Source: an uncultured Bacilli bacterium (GTDB lineage Bacteria > Bacillota_I > Bacilli_A > RF39 > UBA660). From it: a stretch of DNA of 38,943 bases. Position 1 is the stretch's first letter, and every line of letters begins with the position of its first letter. This document shows, one piece after another, positions 8,383 to 17,822 of the stretch. The stretch covers positions 1 to 38,943 of the forward strand of contig CALVQM010000002.1 of assembly GCA_944358125.1 (NCBI GenBank). Direction: 5' to 3'. A model generated the notes under the pieces. That model was not told the origin of the DNA. It did no database searches and saw nothing but the letters and a program-made list of their open reading frames with translations. The translations under genes were made by a program, and so were the position numbers.

Positions 8383-9598
8383 TAATTTTAGTAATATATT
8401 TAGATAAAATTAATTCCATTAGGGATAAAACAATAAACAAAATCATAACAATAAATAAGTCAAATTTTAATAAAATTAAAGAAATAACAAAATTAAGAGC
8501 AACTTTACCCAATTTACGCAACAGTTCCATATAAACAAACAATTTTTGCTGTTGCTTTTTTCTTGAATTTTTTAAAAGCAAATCCTCAATGTAAATAATA
8601 AATGGATCCCGAAAAGAAACAATAAAACTAAAACCAATAGCCATAATCAAAAATTTTATGAAATTAGGTACAGGTAATAAATATCCAATAACAATTAAAG
8701 AAAAAGATATAGTTAATAAAAAAGACATAATAACCGATATATTATTTTTAACTTTAATATATATTTTGTTAAATATTAAATTAATAAAAATTCTTGCTAT
8801 TCTTGAAGTCGCTACAATAAATCCTAAATATGTTGCCGTAAGTCCAATTCCATATGTATTATCTAAATAATATTGAATAAAAAGTTTACTCTCTGTTTGA
8901 CCGATATAAGCAATACCTAAAAATAAAGTAGATGATAATAACGCTAATTTTAATATTTTAGATAATTTTATTTTTTTATTATCGATTAATAAATCATCTG
9001 TTTCATCTTCATCTTTATAAGGTAAATCATAAAAAAAGAATGATAAGAAAACATTAATAAGTGCAAAGAAAATACATAAATACATTGGTAAATAAGGATT
9101 AATATTAAAAAGAGGGCCAACACTTAAAGCAATAATAAAGGTTACAATTGCATAAATTGTATTAGCTCTGCCCCTTAATAAAAAAAATAAATCCGAATTA
9201 TTACTATATTTCAAGTTATTTCGTAGTGTGATACTTTCAGTATTTTTTAAAACAAAAGATATATCGTAAATAAGTTGACCGATAGCAATTACATAAAAAT
9301 TACTTCCAAAAGTAAATATAATACTAGAAATTAATAAAGTAATTGCTCCTAATCTTGAAGAATTAGCATTTCCTAGCTTTTTAATAATTTTAACTAATAC
9401 AGGCTGTAGGCCTATACAAATAAGAGTTGGAATAACTCCTAAAAAGGTAATTTGAAAAGCACTAAAATTTTTAGCAACAGTAAAAAATAAAGTATCTATA
9501 GCAATAAAAAACATTAAATCCATAGATAGACCAGTATAAAAAGGAAATATTCTTAAAAAAAGAGATAAACGCTTTTCTAAAGATTGATTATTTTCCAT
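8372..9598 (-). CDS. MFS-type multi-pass membrane transporter
   Basis: About 12 hydrophobic helices with a short charged central loop (YKDEDETDD). The RBS AAGGGA favours the ATG at 9598 over the GTG at 9607. Confidence 0.7.
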   Translation of the reverse strand: MENNQSLEKRLSLFLRIFPFYTGLSMDLMFFIAIDTLFFTVAKNFSAFQITFLGVIPTLICIGLQPVLVKIIKKLGNANSSRLGAITLLISSIIFTFGSNFYVIAIGQLIYDISFVLKNTESITLRNNLKYSNNSDLFFLLRGRANTIYAIVTFIIALSVGPLFNINPYLPMYLCIFFALINVFLSFFFYDLPYKDEDETDDLLIDNKKIKLSKILKLALLSSTLFLGIAYIGQTESKLFIQYYLDNTYGIGLTATYLGFIVATSRIARIFINLIFNKIYIKVKNNISVIMSFLLTISFSLIVIGYLLPVPNFIKFLIMAIGFSFIVSFRDPFIIYIEDLLLKNSRKKQQQKLFVYMELLRKLGKVALNFVISLILLKFDLFIVMILFIVLSLMELILSKYITKINRS

Positions 9599-9723
9599 TA
9601 TTATCACGTCCCTTAACGAAATTATACTATAAAAGTACAGAAAAAAGAAGAAAAAGAAATATTAATACTAATGAAATAAATTTTTTTTCATACACTTTTA
9701 GTGTAAAGTCATATCGACATTTA

Positions 9724-9751
9724 TTGACAATTTATTAAGAGATGTTATACT
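9724..9751 (+). promoter_or_regulatory. Extended -10 promoter for the PLP-enzyme/GNAT/dapF/murE operon
   Basis: TTGACA (9724-9729), a 16-nt spacer, then TGtTATACT (9743-9751). Confidence 0.55.
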
Positions 9752-9787
9752 AAAACTAGATAAATGTTTCTACATTTAGGAGGTTAT

Positions 9788-10966
9788 ATGAAAAATTTTA
9801 CAAACTATACAGTTTATGACAAAAAAGAAGGATTACATGATGAAACAAAAGTAGCAAGAGGGGCTTTAGGACACGATCCCGTAACTGGAGCGATAAGTTT
9901 TCCAATATTTCAAGCAACAACCTATCGCCACATAGGTATTAAAGAAAATACCAACTATAATTATAGTCGTATAATAAACCCTACCAGGGAAGAATTTGAA
10001 CGAACTATGGCTATGTTAGACCATGGATATCGTGCTTTTGCTGTTTCTAGTGGTATGGCTGGCATAAGTCTTGTTCTAACCATGTTAAAACCAAAAGAAC
10101 ACATATTAATATCAGATGATGTATATGGTGGAACCGTAAGAGCTTGTGATGAAGTATTAAAATATAATGAAGTAGAATATAATCAAGTAGATTTTACAGA
10201 TTTAGAAGAAGTTAAGAAAAATATCAAGCCCAATACGAAAATGATGTTTATTGAAACTCCAACCAATCCGATGATGAAAGTAGCAGATATTGCTGAAATT
10301 TGTAAGTATGCTCATTCGAAAGGAATTACTGTAGTAGTAGATAATACATTTCTAACTAGTTATTTCCAAAAACCTTTAGATTTAGGTGCTGATATAGTAG
10401 TGTATAGTGCTACCAAATATATAGCAGGTCATAATGATGTTCTAGCCGGAGTAGTAGTAGTAAAAACCAAAGAACAAGCAGATTATCTAAATGGTCAAAT
10501 GGCTATTTATGGCTCTTGTTTATCTCCAATGGACTCATGGTTAGCTTTAAGAGGCTTAAAAACTCTAGCTGTTCGTATGGATAGACATAATGAAAATGCT
10601 AAAAAAGTGGCTGAATTCTTACGTAATCACCCAAAGGTAAAAAAAGTATATTATGTCGGCTTTCCTGATCACCCTCAATATGATATAACTCTAAAACAGA
10701 GTAAAGGCTTTGGTGGCATGATATCCTTTGATTTAGGAGATATAAAAACAGTTAATAAATTCCTAGAAAAAATAAATTTAATATTATTTGCCGAAAGTCT
10801 AGGAGGAGTAGAAAGCCTTGTTACTCACCCAGCTACACGTACTCATCATGAAGTATCTAAAGAAGCCAGAGAAAAACTTGGTATCACAGATACCCTTTTA
10901 AGATTATCGGTTGGTATTGAAAATGTTGATGATTTAATTGCGGATATTAAACAAGCTTTAGAATAA
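9788..10966 (+). CDS. Cys/Met-metabolism PLP-dependent enzyme (cystathionine beta-lyase / gamma-synthase family)
   Basis: The PLP-lysine motif SATKYIAGHNDV and the family-typical ESLGGVESL and NPT motifs are present. The RBS AGGAGG (9777-9782) favours the ATG at 9788. Confidence 0.85.
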   Translation: MKNFTNYTVYDKKEGLHDETKVARGALGHDPVTGAISFPIFQATTYRHIGIKENTNYNYSRIINPTREEFERTMAMLDHGYRAFAVSSGMAGISLVLTMLKPKEHILISDDVYGGTVRACDEVLKYNEVEYNQVDFTDLEEVKKNIKPNTKMMFIETPTNPMMKVADIAEICKYAHSKGITVVVDNTFLTSYFQKPLDLGADIVVYSATKYIAGHNDVLAGVVVVKTKEQADYLNGQMAIYGSCLSPMDSWLALRGLKTLAVRMDRHNENAKKVAEFLRNHPKVKKVYYVGFPDHPQYDITLKQSKGFGGMISFDLGDIKTVNKFLEKINLILFAESLGGVESLVTHPATRTHHEVSKEAREKLGITDTLLRLSVGIENVDDLIADIKQALE

Positions 10967-11484
10967 TGTATAAGTTTTCCATAGCGTCTTCAGAAGACAT
11001 TGAAGAATTAGTAAAAATAAGATTATTAGAACAAGAAAATGATTGGAAAGGTCTCCGAATAATTTCTGAAAAAAATTTTGCAGATTTAGCTTACGAAACT
11101 TATAAAGCTTTTAAGGAAAGATTAAATAAAGATTTAATAATGTTTATTATTAAAAAGAATAACGTGATAGTTGCTCAAGCTGGGTTATTAATACAGCACT
11201 ATTTACCACAAGTAGATAATCTCAATGGAATAAGAGGCTATCTCACAAATGTTTACACCATAAAGCATGAAAGGCGAAAACATCTTCAGTTATATTTATC
11301 AGATGAAATAATAAAATATGCTAAACATAACGGTATAGAGAGAATTGATTTACATGCAACACCAAAAAAAGAAATCTTTCTCATGTATAAAAAATTAGGC
11401 TATAAATTCTTTGATAATAATGCTAGATTATATATCGATGACTATATTGCTAATAATGTGAATTTAATAGATAGGAGTGATTAA
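10966..11484 (+). CDS. GNAT-family N-acetyltransferase (putative)
   Basis: The size (172 aa) and the C-terminal pattern ...HNGIERIDLHAT...MYKKLGYKF are typical of the GNAT fold. The start overlaps the upstream stop (TAATG). Confidence 0.55.
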   Translation: MYKFSIASSEDIEELVKIRLLEQENDWKGLRIISEKNFADLAYETYKAFKERLNKDLIMFIIKKNNVIVAQAGLLIQHYLPQVDNLNGIRGYLTNVYTIKHERRKHLQLYLSDEIIKYAKHNGIERIDLHATPKKEIFLMYKKLGYKFFDNNARLYIDDYIANNVNLIDRSD

Positions 11485-11486
11485 AC

Positions 11487-12344
11487 TTGAGATTTACAAA
11501 AATGCAAGCTTATGGTAACGATTATGTATATATCGATGCCATCAATCAAAAATTAGATAATTTGTCGGAATTAGCCAAATTTGTATCAGATCATCATTTT
11601 GGTATAGGAAGTGATGGTATGGTTCTAATTTGTCCTAGTACTGTTGCTGACTTTAGAATGCGTATCTTTAATCCTGATGGAACTGAAGCCGAAATGTGTG
11701 GTAATGCGATACGTAGTGTTGGTAAATATGTTTATGATCATAAGTTAACAGATAAAACTCACTTAAAGATTGAAACTTTAGGAGGAATTAAAACTTTGGA
11801 TTTAACTGTTGAAAATGGTACAGTAACAAATATTAAGGCCAATATTTCTAAACCTATCTTTGATGCCGATAAAATACCTGTAAATACTACGAAAAATAAA
11901 TTTATCATGGAAGAAGTAAAAATACTTGATAAAACTTTTAAATTAAGTAGTCTTTCTTGGGGAAATCCCCATACTGTTTTATTTGTAGATGATGTTATGA
12001 ACTTTGATGTAAAAAAATATGGACCTGCAATCGAAAACAAATTAGATGTATTCCCTAATCGGACCAATGTAACTTTTGCCGAAATTGTAAACAAAAATTA
12101 TATTAAGATTAGAGAATGGGAACGAGGTACAGGTGAAACTATTGGTTGTGGAACAGGGTGTTCTACAGCCGTAGTAATTGCCAAAGAATTAGGCTTAACG
12201 GAAGGTAGTTGTAAAGTAGAACAAATTGGTGGTATTCTAGAAATTGAATACACTGACAGTGGTGAATTATATATGATTGGCCCAAGTAACTTTGTTTTTG
12301 AAAGCGAGATAGATGTATCTCATATAATAGGAGGAAATTTATGA
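11487..12344 (+). CDS. dapF: Diaminopimelate epimerase
   Basis: The N-terminus is FTKMQAYGNDYVYID. The two catalytic Cys motifs are MCGNAIR and GCGTGCS. The start is TTG, with AGGAG 10 nt upstream. Confidence 0.9.
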   Translation: MRFTKMQAYGNDYVYIDAINQKLDNLSELAKFVSDHHFGIGSDGMVLICPSTVADFRMRIFNPDGTEAEMCGNAIRSVGKYVYDHKLTDKTHLKIETLGGIKTLDLTVENGTVTNIKANISKPIFDADKIPVNTTKNKFIMEEVKILDKTFKLSSLSWGNPHTVLFVDDVMNFDVKKYGPAIENKLDVFPNRTNVTFAEIVNKNYIKIREWERGTGETIGCGTGCSTAVVIAKELGLTEGSCKVEQIGGILEIEYTDSGELYMIGPSNFVFESEIDVSHIIGGNL

Positions 12345-13804
12345 AAAAATTAAAAGATATTTTAGAAGGAATTAGTTATAGTATATTATCAGGAACTCTT
12401 GATACGGAAATTAATGATATTAAATATGATAGCCGAAAAGTCGAAAAAAATGATATTTATGTAGCTTTAAAAGGGTTTACAACTGATGGCCATGAATACA
12501 TACCAGAAGCTATAGCGAGAGGTGCAACGGTAATTGTTGTATCCAAAATGGTTAATATTATTGGTGATGTAACGGTAATTAAAGTAGATGACTCAAGAAT
12601 AGCACTTGCTTATATGTCTGCTAATTACTTTGATCACCCTGCCAGTAAATTAAAAGTAATAGGTGTAACTGGAACAACTGGTAAAACAACAACTACGCAT
12701 ATGATTAGGGAAATGCTTAAAAAATCTGGTATGAAATGTGGTTTAATAGGAAGTATTGGTATTAAATATAATGATACAATCATTCATACTGACAATACTA
12801 CTCCTGAATCTTATGAAATTCATAAATATTTTAAAGAAATGTTAGATAATGGTATGACTCATGTTGTTATGGAAACATCTAGTCAAGCCTTTAAGCTTAA
12901 TCGCCTAGCAGGTATTACTTTTGATTTAGGAGTATTAACTAATGTTACAACTGACCATATTGGTCCAGGTGAACATGAAACTCATGAAGAATATGTAGCT
13001 TGTAAAAATAAATTATTCTTAAATAGTAAAGAAGTAATTAGTAACAACGACTCTTTATATTTAGAAAGTGTTCTAAAAGGTGTCGAAGTACCAATAACCA
13101 CATATGGTATAAATAATACTGCTGATTTAAAAGTAACTGATATTAAATTAATCAATGACAAAGACTTTTTTGGTTCAGAATTTACCACAGAAGGCCTAAT
13201 CAAAGATACTTTTAGAACTTGTATTCCTGGTGAATTTAATGTTTATAATTCTTTGTGTGCTCTCCTTGTCTGTTATAAATTAGGCGTAAATGAAGAAAAA
13301 GCCAAAGAAGCATTATTAACCGTTCATGTAAGAGGACGTATGGAGACCTCTTTAGTAACCCCTAAATTTAAAGTGTTAATTGATTATGCTCATACCGAAG
13401 ATGGTATGAAAGGCTTAGTTAAAACTTTGCGGGCTTATAAACCAAAAAGATTAGTCAGTGTCTTCGGTGGTGGTGGAAACCGTCCAAAAGAACGAAGATA
13501 TAATTTAGGTGAAATTATTGGAGGCTCTAGTGATCTATGTATTATTACCATGGATAACCCAAGGTTTGAAGAAATTAGCTCTATTAACAAAGATATTAAA
13601 GTAGGACTAGATAAAGTAGGAGCTAAATATATTGAAATACCAGATCGTGCAGATGCTATAAAATATGCTTTTGAGAATGCAGAGGATGGCGACTTAATTT
13701 TACTAGTTGGTAAAGGACACGAAGAATATCAAGACATAAAAGGTGTCAAATATCCGTTTAGTGAACTAGAAGTTATTGAAGAAATTAAGAAGAACTTAAA
13801 ATAA
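12341..13804 (+). CDS. murE: UDP-N-acetylmuramoyl-L-alanyl-D-glutamate--2,6-diaminopimelate ligase
   Basis: The Mur ligase P-loop GVTGTTGKTTT is present. The meso-DAP specificity motif DNPR occurs in TMDNPRFE. The start overlaps the dapF stop (ATGA). Confidence 0.92.
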   Translation: MKKLKDILEGISYSILSGTLDTEINDIKYDSRKVEKNDIYVALKGFTTDGHEYIPEAIARGATVIVVSKMVNIIGDVTVIKVDDSRIALAYMSANYFDHPASKLKVIGVTGTTGKTTTTHMIREMLKKSGMKCGLIGSIGIKYNDTIIHTDNTTPESYEIHKYFKEMLDNGMTHVVMETSSQAFKLNRLAGITFDLGVLTNVTTDHIGPGEHETHEEYVACKNKLFLNSKEVISNNDSLYLESVLKGVEVPITTYGINNTADLKVTDIKLINDKDFFGSEFTTEGLIKDTFRTCIPGEFNVYNSLCALLVCYKLGVNEEKAKEALLTVHVRGRMETSLVTPKFKVLIDYAHTEDGMKGLVKTLRAYKPKRLVSVFGGGGNRPKERRYNLGEIIGGSSDLCIITMDNPRFEEISSINKDIKVGLDKVGAKYIEIPDRADAIKYAFENAEDGDLILLVGKGHEEYQDIKGVKYPFSELEVIEEIKKNLK

Positions 13805-13818
13805 TTCTTCTTTTTTCT
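13787..13818 (+). terminator. Rho-independent terminator of murE
   Basis: AAGAAGAA (13787-13794) pairs with TTCTTCTT (13805-13812). The loop contains the stop codon. TTTTCTTG follows. Confidence 0.6.
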
Positions 13819-13860
13819 TGTAAAAAATGATAAAATAATACATGTAGAAAGAGTGATTAT

Positions 13861-14430
13861 ATGAAAGAAAAAATAATTGGAAAAATAGCAGTTAGTAACA
13901 GACATGTTCATTTAACAGAAGAAATTTATAATGAACTATTTGATGAACCCTTACAAATCAAAAGGCCATTAAATCAAGTAGGAGAATTTGCAGCATTTCA
14001 AACCGTAACCCTAAAAACCGAAAAAGCTGAAATTCCCAATGTAAGAATAATTGGACCATTTAGAAAATACAATCAAGTAGAAATATCTAGAACAGATGCT
14101 TATACTTTAGGACTTAACCCACCAGTAAGACAAAGTGGTGACCTAGAAGATAGTGAGACTATTACTATTATAGGACCAACTGGAGAAGTAACCCTAAAAG
14201 ATGCCTGTATTCAAGCTGAAAGACATGTTCACATGAATGAACAAAAAGCTAAAGAATTAGGTCTAAAAAATGAAGATCTTGTTAAATTACTTATTGCCAA
14301 TGATAAAGGTGGCATGATGGAAGCCTTTGTAAAAGTTAGTTCTAATGGTTTCTTTGAAATCCACATTGATAAAGATGATGCCAATTGCTTTTTACTCCAA
14401 ACTGGCGATGAAGTAGAAATTGAAAAATAG
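13861..14430 (+). CDS. pduL: PduL-type phosphate acyltransferase (phosphotransacetylase/propanoyltransferase)
   Basis: Both PduL repeat signatures are present: VSNRHVHL and AERHVHM. Length is 189 aa. Confidence 0.85.
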   Translation: MKEKIIGKIAVSNRHVHLTEEIYNELFDEPLQIKRPLNQVGEFAAFQTVTLKTEKAEIPNVRIIGPFRKYNQVEISRTDAYTLGLNPPVRQSGDLEDSETITIIGPTGEVTLKDACIQAERHVHMNEQKAKELGLKNEDLVKLLIANDKGGMMEAFVKVSSNGFFEIHIDKDDANCFLLQTGDEVEIEK

Positions 14431-15415
14431 TTTTAAAATAAAAGATGTATTAATACCTAACCGTCTAGTTTTAGCACCTATGGCCGGTATTTCCAATACA
14501 TCTTTTCGTAAAATAGTAAAACTTATGGGAGCAGGATTAATTTATGCCGAAATGGTTAGCTCTAATGCTTTAGTCTATAATAATGAAAAAACTTTAGCAT
14601 TACTTAAAATGAGTGATATAGAGCGACCTATAGCCGAGCAAATTTTTGGCAGTGATATAGATACTTTTGTAAATGCTGCAAAAATTGTTGAAAAACAAAT
14701 GCACCCTGACATCATTGATATTAATATGGGTTGTCCCGTTCCTAAAGTAGCTTTAAGAGCTCAAGCCGGTAGTGCGCTATTAAAAAATCCTAAAAAAATT
14801 GGTGAAATAGTAGCCTCTGTAGTAGCGGCTGTAAGTGTTCCAGTAACTGTAAAAATAAGAAGTGGCTGGGATGAAGAACACATAAATGCTTGTGAAGTAG
14901 CCAAAATTTGTGAACAAGCTGGAGCAAGTGCTATTGCTATTCATGCTAGAACAAGACATCAAGGCTATAGTGGTTTAGCAGATTGGAATATTATTAAGCA
15001 AGTAAAAGAAAGTGTGTCAATTCCTGTTATTGGTAATGGTGATGTTACTTCAAAAGAAAAAGCTTTAGAAATGCTAGAATTTACGGGATGTGATGCTGTT
15101 ATGATTGGTCGAGCAGCAATTGGCAATCCATGGATATTTAAAGAATGCCAGGAATACATAGAAAATGGTAAAGTAATTCCTAAGCCAACGAATAAAGAAA
15201 AACTAGACATGATTAGATATCATTACAATCTTTTAAAAGAAGACAAAAATCCCAAATTAGCCTTATTAGAAATCAGAACTCATGCTTTAGCTTATTTAAA
15301 AGGAATGCCTGAATCTAAAATCTATAAAGATTTAATTTGCAAAACTAAAACAGAAGCAGAATTTCTTCAAGTTTTAAATGAATATGAAACTTATTTAAAT
15401 AAATCAAAAACTTAA
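14420..15415 (+). CDS. dusB: tRNA-dihydrouridine synthase
   Basis: The motifs LAPMAGISNTSFR, DINMGCP and IHARTR are present. The TTG start at 14420 overlaps the pduL end, so the exact start is uncertain. Confidence 0.85.
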   Translation: MKNSFKIKDVLIPNRLVLAPMAGISNTSFRKIVKLMGAGLIYAEMVSSNALVYNNEKTLALLKMSDIERPIAEQIFGSDIDTFVNAAKIVEKQMHPDIIDINMGCPVPKVALRAQAGSALLKNPKKIGEIVASVVAAVSVPVTVKIRSGWDEEHINACEVAKICEQAGASAIAIHARTRHQGYSGLADWNIIKQVKESVSIPVIGNGDVTSKEKALEMLEFTGCDAVMIGRAAIGNPWIFKECQEYIENGKVIPKPTNKEKLDMIRYHYNLLKEDKNPKLALLEIRTHALAYLKGMPESKIYKDLICKTKTEAEFLQVLNEYETYLNKSKT

Positions 15416-15448
15416 ACAAAAAGTCAAGAGCAAATACTCTTGGCTTTT
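15416..15448. terminator. Bidirectional terminator between dusB (+) and the collagen-like gene (-)
   Basis: AGTCAAGAG (15422-15430) pairs with CTCTTGGCT (15437-15445, one G-U pair). TTTT follows on the + strand and TTTTTGT follows on the - strand. Confidence 0.55.
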
Positions 15449-15453
15449 CATCA

Positions 15454-16482
15454 TTATGGTCCGGTAGGTCCCGTTGGCCCAGTAGGTCCGGTAGGTCCAG
15501 TAGGTCCGGTAGGTCCAGTTGGTCCAGTAGCACCAGTTGCCCCAGCAGGTCCAGTAGGTCCAGTAGCACCAGTTGCTCCAGCAGGTCCAGTTGGTCCAGT
15601 AGCGCCAGTTGCCCCAGCAGGTCCAGTTGGTCCAGTAGCCCCAGCAGGTCCAGTCGGTCCAGTAGCCCCAGCAGGTCCAGTTGGTCCAGTAGCCCCTGTA
15701 GCTCCAGCAGGTCCAGTTGGTCCAGTAGCACCCGTTGCCCCAGCAGGTCCAGTAGCACCCGTAGCCCCGGTAGCTCCAGTAGGACCAGTAGCTCCAGTTC
15801 CAGTTGCCCCGGTAGGACCAGTTACTCCTTGAGGAATTGTTAAATTAAGAAAGAAATTAGGGGAAGTTCCTGTTATTGAAGCAACAGCCGTAGAACCAGG
15901 AGCCCCAGTTGTTACTGTACCAATATTTAAAATTGGTGTAGCAGCCGGTCCGGTAGGCCCTGTAGCTCCGGTTGGTCCCGTAGGTCCAGTAGCACCCGTA
16001 GCTCCACTAGGCCCCGTAGGTCCTGTTGAACCTGTACCAGTTGGTCCTGTAGCTCCGGTTGGTCCAGTCGGTCCTGTAGCACCTGTAGCCCCAGTAGGCC
16101 CGGTAGGTCCTGTTGAACCTGTACCAGCCGGTCCAGTAGCACCCGTAGCTCCGGTAGGTCCAGTCGGCCCCGTAGCGCCTGTGGCTCCCGTAGGCCCAAT
16201 TGGTCCCGCAGCCCCAGTCGGTCCGGTAGCTCCGGTAGGCCCGGTTGCACCTCTTGGAATAGTGAACTCTAATATAGCATTAGAAGAAGTTCCAGCATTT
16301 ATGACACTAGCAGCACTTCCAGGATCAGAAGTAGTTGTTGTACTAACTGTTATAGTTGCCGCTGCTGGTCCCGTCGGTCCCGTCGGTCCAGTTGGGCCAT
16401 AACAGCAACAGCACCCACTATTTGGGTGATTTTTATTATAACAATCAATATAAGCTTGTGCCCGCTCTAAATTATTATTCAC
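15454..16482 (-). CDS. Collagen-like triple-helix repeat protein (BclA-like surface/exosporium-type filament protein)
   Basis: 342 aa. The GTG start has AAGGAG 9 nt upstream. There are three G-X-T runs at aa 29-39, 78-180 and 219-342. Two related 38-aa non-collagen inserts end in TIPRG and TIPQG. A CCCC motif lies immediately before the first GPT run. The ORF ends inside the last GPT run. Confidence 0.85.
   Translation of the reverse strand: MNNNLERAQAYIDCYNKNHPNSGCCCCYGPTGPTGPTGPAAATITVSTTTTSDPGSAASVINAGTSSNAILEFTIPRGATGPTGATGPTGAAGPIGPTGATGATGPTGPTGATGATGPAGTGSTGPTGPTGATGATGPTGPTGATGPTGTGSTGPTGPSGATGATGPTGPTGATGPTGPAATPILNIGTVTTGAPGSTAVASITGTSPNFFLNLTIPQGVTGPTGATGTGATGPTGATGATGATGPAGATGATGPTGPAGATGATGPTGPAGATGPTGPAGATGPTGPAGATGATGPTGPAGATGATGPTGPAGATGATGPTGPTGPTGPTGPTGPTGPTGP
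15457..16398. repeat. Triplet/9-bp periodic GC-rich coding repeats (GGN-CCN-ACN) of the collagen-like gene
   Basis: The repeat blocks lie at 15457-15828, 15943-16251 and 16366-16398. They generate long spurious ORFs in other frames on both strands. Confidence 0.9.
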
Positions 16483-16650
16483 GCACTTTATCTCCTTTCT
16501 TCTATATTATATGTAACACCAATCAAAAAATAGATGGCAAAAATATAGATTTTGTTAAAAGTAAATTTTAATGTTACGTTATAATATATGCTTGGGTATT
16601 TAAAATGATAATAATATAATAAAAAAGCATATAATTAAGTGGGTGAAAAA

Positions 16651-17739
16651 ATGAATAAATATAAAGTATGTGTTTATGCAATATGCAAAAACGAAGAGAA
16701 ATTTGTAGACAAATGGGTTAAATCCATGAGTGAAGCCGACGAAATTTACGTATTAGATACAGGCTCTACTGATAATACAGTTAAGTTATTAACTGATTTA
16801 AAAGTTCATGTAAAAACAAAAATTATTAATCCTTGGCGTTTTGATGTAGCAAGAAACGAATCTTTAAAACTAGTTCCTATGGATACTGATATATGTGTTT
16901 GTACAGATTTAGATGAAGAATTTGTTCCAGGCTGGCGTGCTAAATTAGAAAGTGTTTGGAATGAATTCACAGATCGGGTTAGATACACTTATAATTGGAG
17001 TTTTGATGAATATGGTAATCCTGCTACTACCTTTATGCAAAATAAAATACATCATCGTAAAGGTTATTCTTGGTACCACCCTGTTCATGAAATATTAAGA
17101 TCAAAACCCAATGAAATAGAAGTAACGTGTGCCGATATTATTTTAAATCATTATCCTGATAGTACCAAATCAAGAAGCAATTACTTACCTCTATTAGAAA
17201 TGAGTGTTCAAGAAGATCCAACAGATGACAGAAATATGCACTATTTAGGAAGAGAATATATGTATTATGGCAAATGGAATGAAGGAATAGACACTCTAAT
17301 TAAACATTTAAATTTGCCAACATCAAAATGGGACGCCGAAAGGTGTGCTTCCATGCGTTTTATAGCTAGATGTTACATGGGGCTAAATAGACCTAAAGAA
17401 GCAGAAATGTGGTATAAGAGTGCTATTAAGGAGGCTTCTTATTTAAGAGAAAGTTATGTTGAACTTGCTCAAATATATTTAGATGAAAAAAGATATGAAG
17501 AAGCTTATGAATTAATGGAATGTGCTTTTTTAATTAAAGAAAAAGCTCCCATTTATATTAATGAAGCCTTTGCTTGGAATGAATATATTTATGAACTTAT
17601 GGGACTTATTTGTTACAATTTAAAATTATATCCTAAAAGTCTATTATATATGCAAAAAGCTTTAAAAATAGCTCCGAATAACGAACGTATAAAAAATAAT
17701 TGTGAGATTATAGACAGCAAGATTAACGACAAAAAATAA
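16651..17739 (+). CDS. Family-2-like glycosyltransferase with C-terminal TPR repeats
   Basis: The N-terminus VCVYAICKNEEKFVDKWVKSMSEADEIYVLDTGSTDNT and the CTDLDE acidic motif fit a GT-A fold. The C-terminal helical repeats are TPR-like (YMGLNRPKEAEMWYKSAIK, YLDEKRYEEAYELMECAF, KLYPKSLLYMQKALKIAPNN). The ATG at 16651 is preferred over the GTG at 16639. Confidence 0.7.
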   Translation: MNKYKVCVYAICKNEEKFVDKWVKSMSEADEIYVLDTGSTDNTVKLLTDLKVHVKTKIINPWRFDVARNESLKLVPMDTDICVCTDLDEEFVPGWRAKLESVWNEFTDRVRYTYNWSFDEYGNPATTFMQNKIHHRKGYSWYHPVHEILRSKPNEIEVTCADIILNHYPDSTKSRSNYLPLLEMSVQEDPTDDRNMHYLGREYMYYGKWNEGIDTLIKHLNLPTSKWDAERCASMRFIARCYMGLNRPKEAEMWYKSAIKEASYLRESYVELAQIYLDEKRYEEAYELMECAFLIKEKAPIYINEAFAWNEYIYELMGLICYNLKLYPKSLLYMQKALKIAPNNERIKNNCEIIDSKINDKK

Positions 17740-17822
17740 AAAAGTATTAAAAAAGTATTTATTTTATGAGTGAAATATTGTAAAATAGTTTTAGTTAAAG
17801 AAAAAAAGTAAGGAGTGAATTT

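Noticed and set aside
9608-9787. A possible SAM riboswitch or T-box leader upstream of the Cys/Met PLP-enzyme operon
   Set aside because: The leader between the promoter (9724-9751) and the RBS is only about 25 nt. The whole intergenic region is AT-rich, with no conserved helices, no specifier or T-box sequence and no terminator/antiterminator pair.
12342-12344. Genetic code 4 (TGA read as Trp), considered because of the Mollicutes-like AT richness
   Set aside because: Well-defined genes end at TGA with correct family lengths (dapF at 12342-12344, the SDR gene at 22058-22060, and the Zn-ribbon/HExxH gene at 8360-8362). Trp is encoded by TGG throughout, and no conserved protein needs read-through.
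15457-16398. Regular short repeats that could be mistaken for a CRISPR array or a satellite
   Set aside because: The period is 3/9/18 bp inside one long ORF. There is no alternation of 25-40-bp repeats with unique spacers. It is coding collagen-type repeat.
16505-16513. A sigma-K-like -10 (CATATAATA, matching CATAnnnTA) upstream of the collagen-like gene on the minus strand, suggesting late mother-cell expression
   Set aside because: There is no AC -35 element at the expected 16-17-nt spacing. The implied start site would fall on the RBS. The match is easy to obtain by chance in AT-rich DNA, so it is not reported as a feature.
15345-16571. Track ORFs 15345-15758(-), 15440-15832(+), 15927-16250(-), 16181-16402(+) and 16356-16571(+), which overlap the collagen-like gene
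   Set aside because: They are alternative-frame or antisense readings of the GGN-CCN-ACN repeat (poly-LLDQ, poly-GPV). They lack an RBS and any non-repeat domain. Only the 15454-16482(-) frame has an RBS, a non-repeat N-terminus and G-X-Y periodicity.
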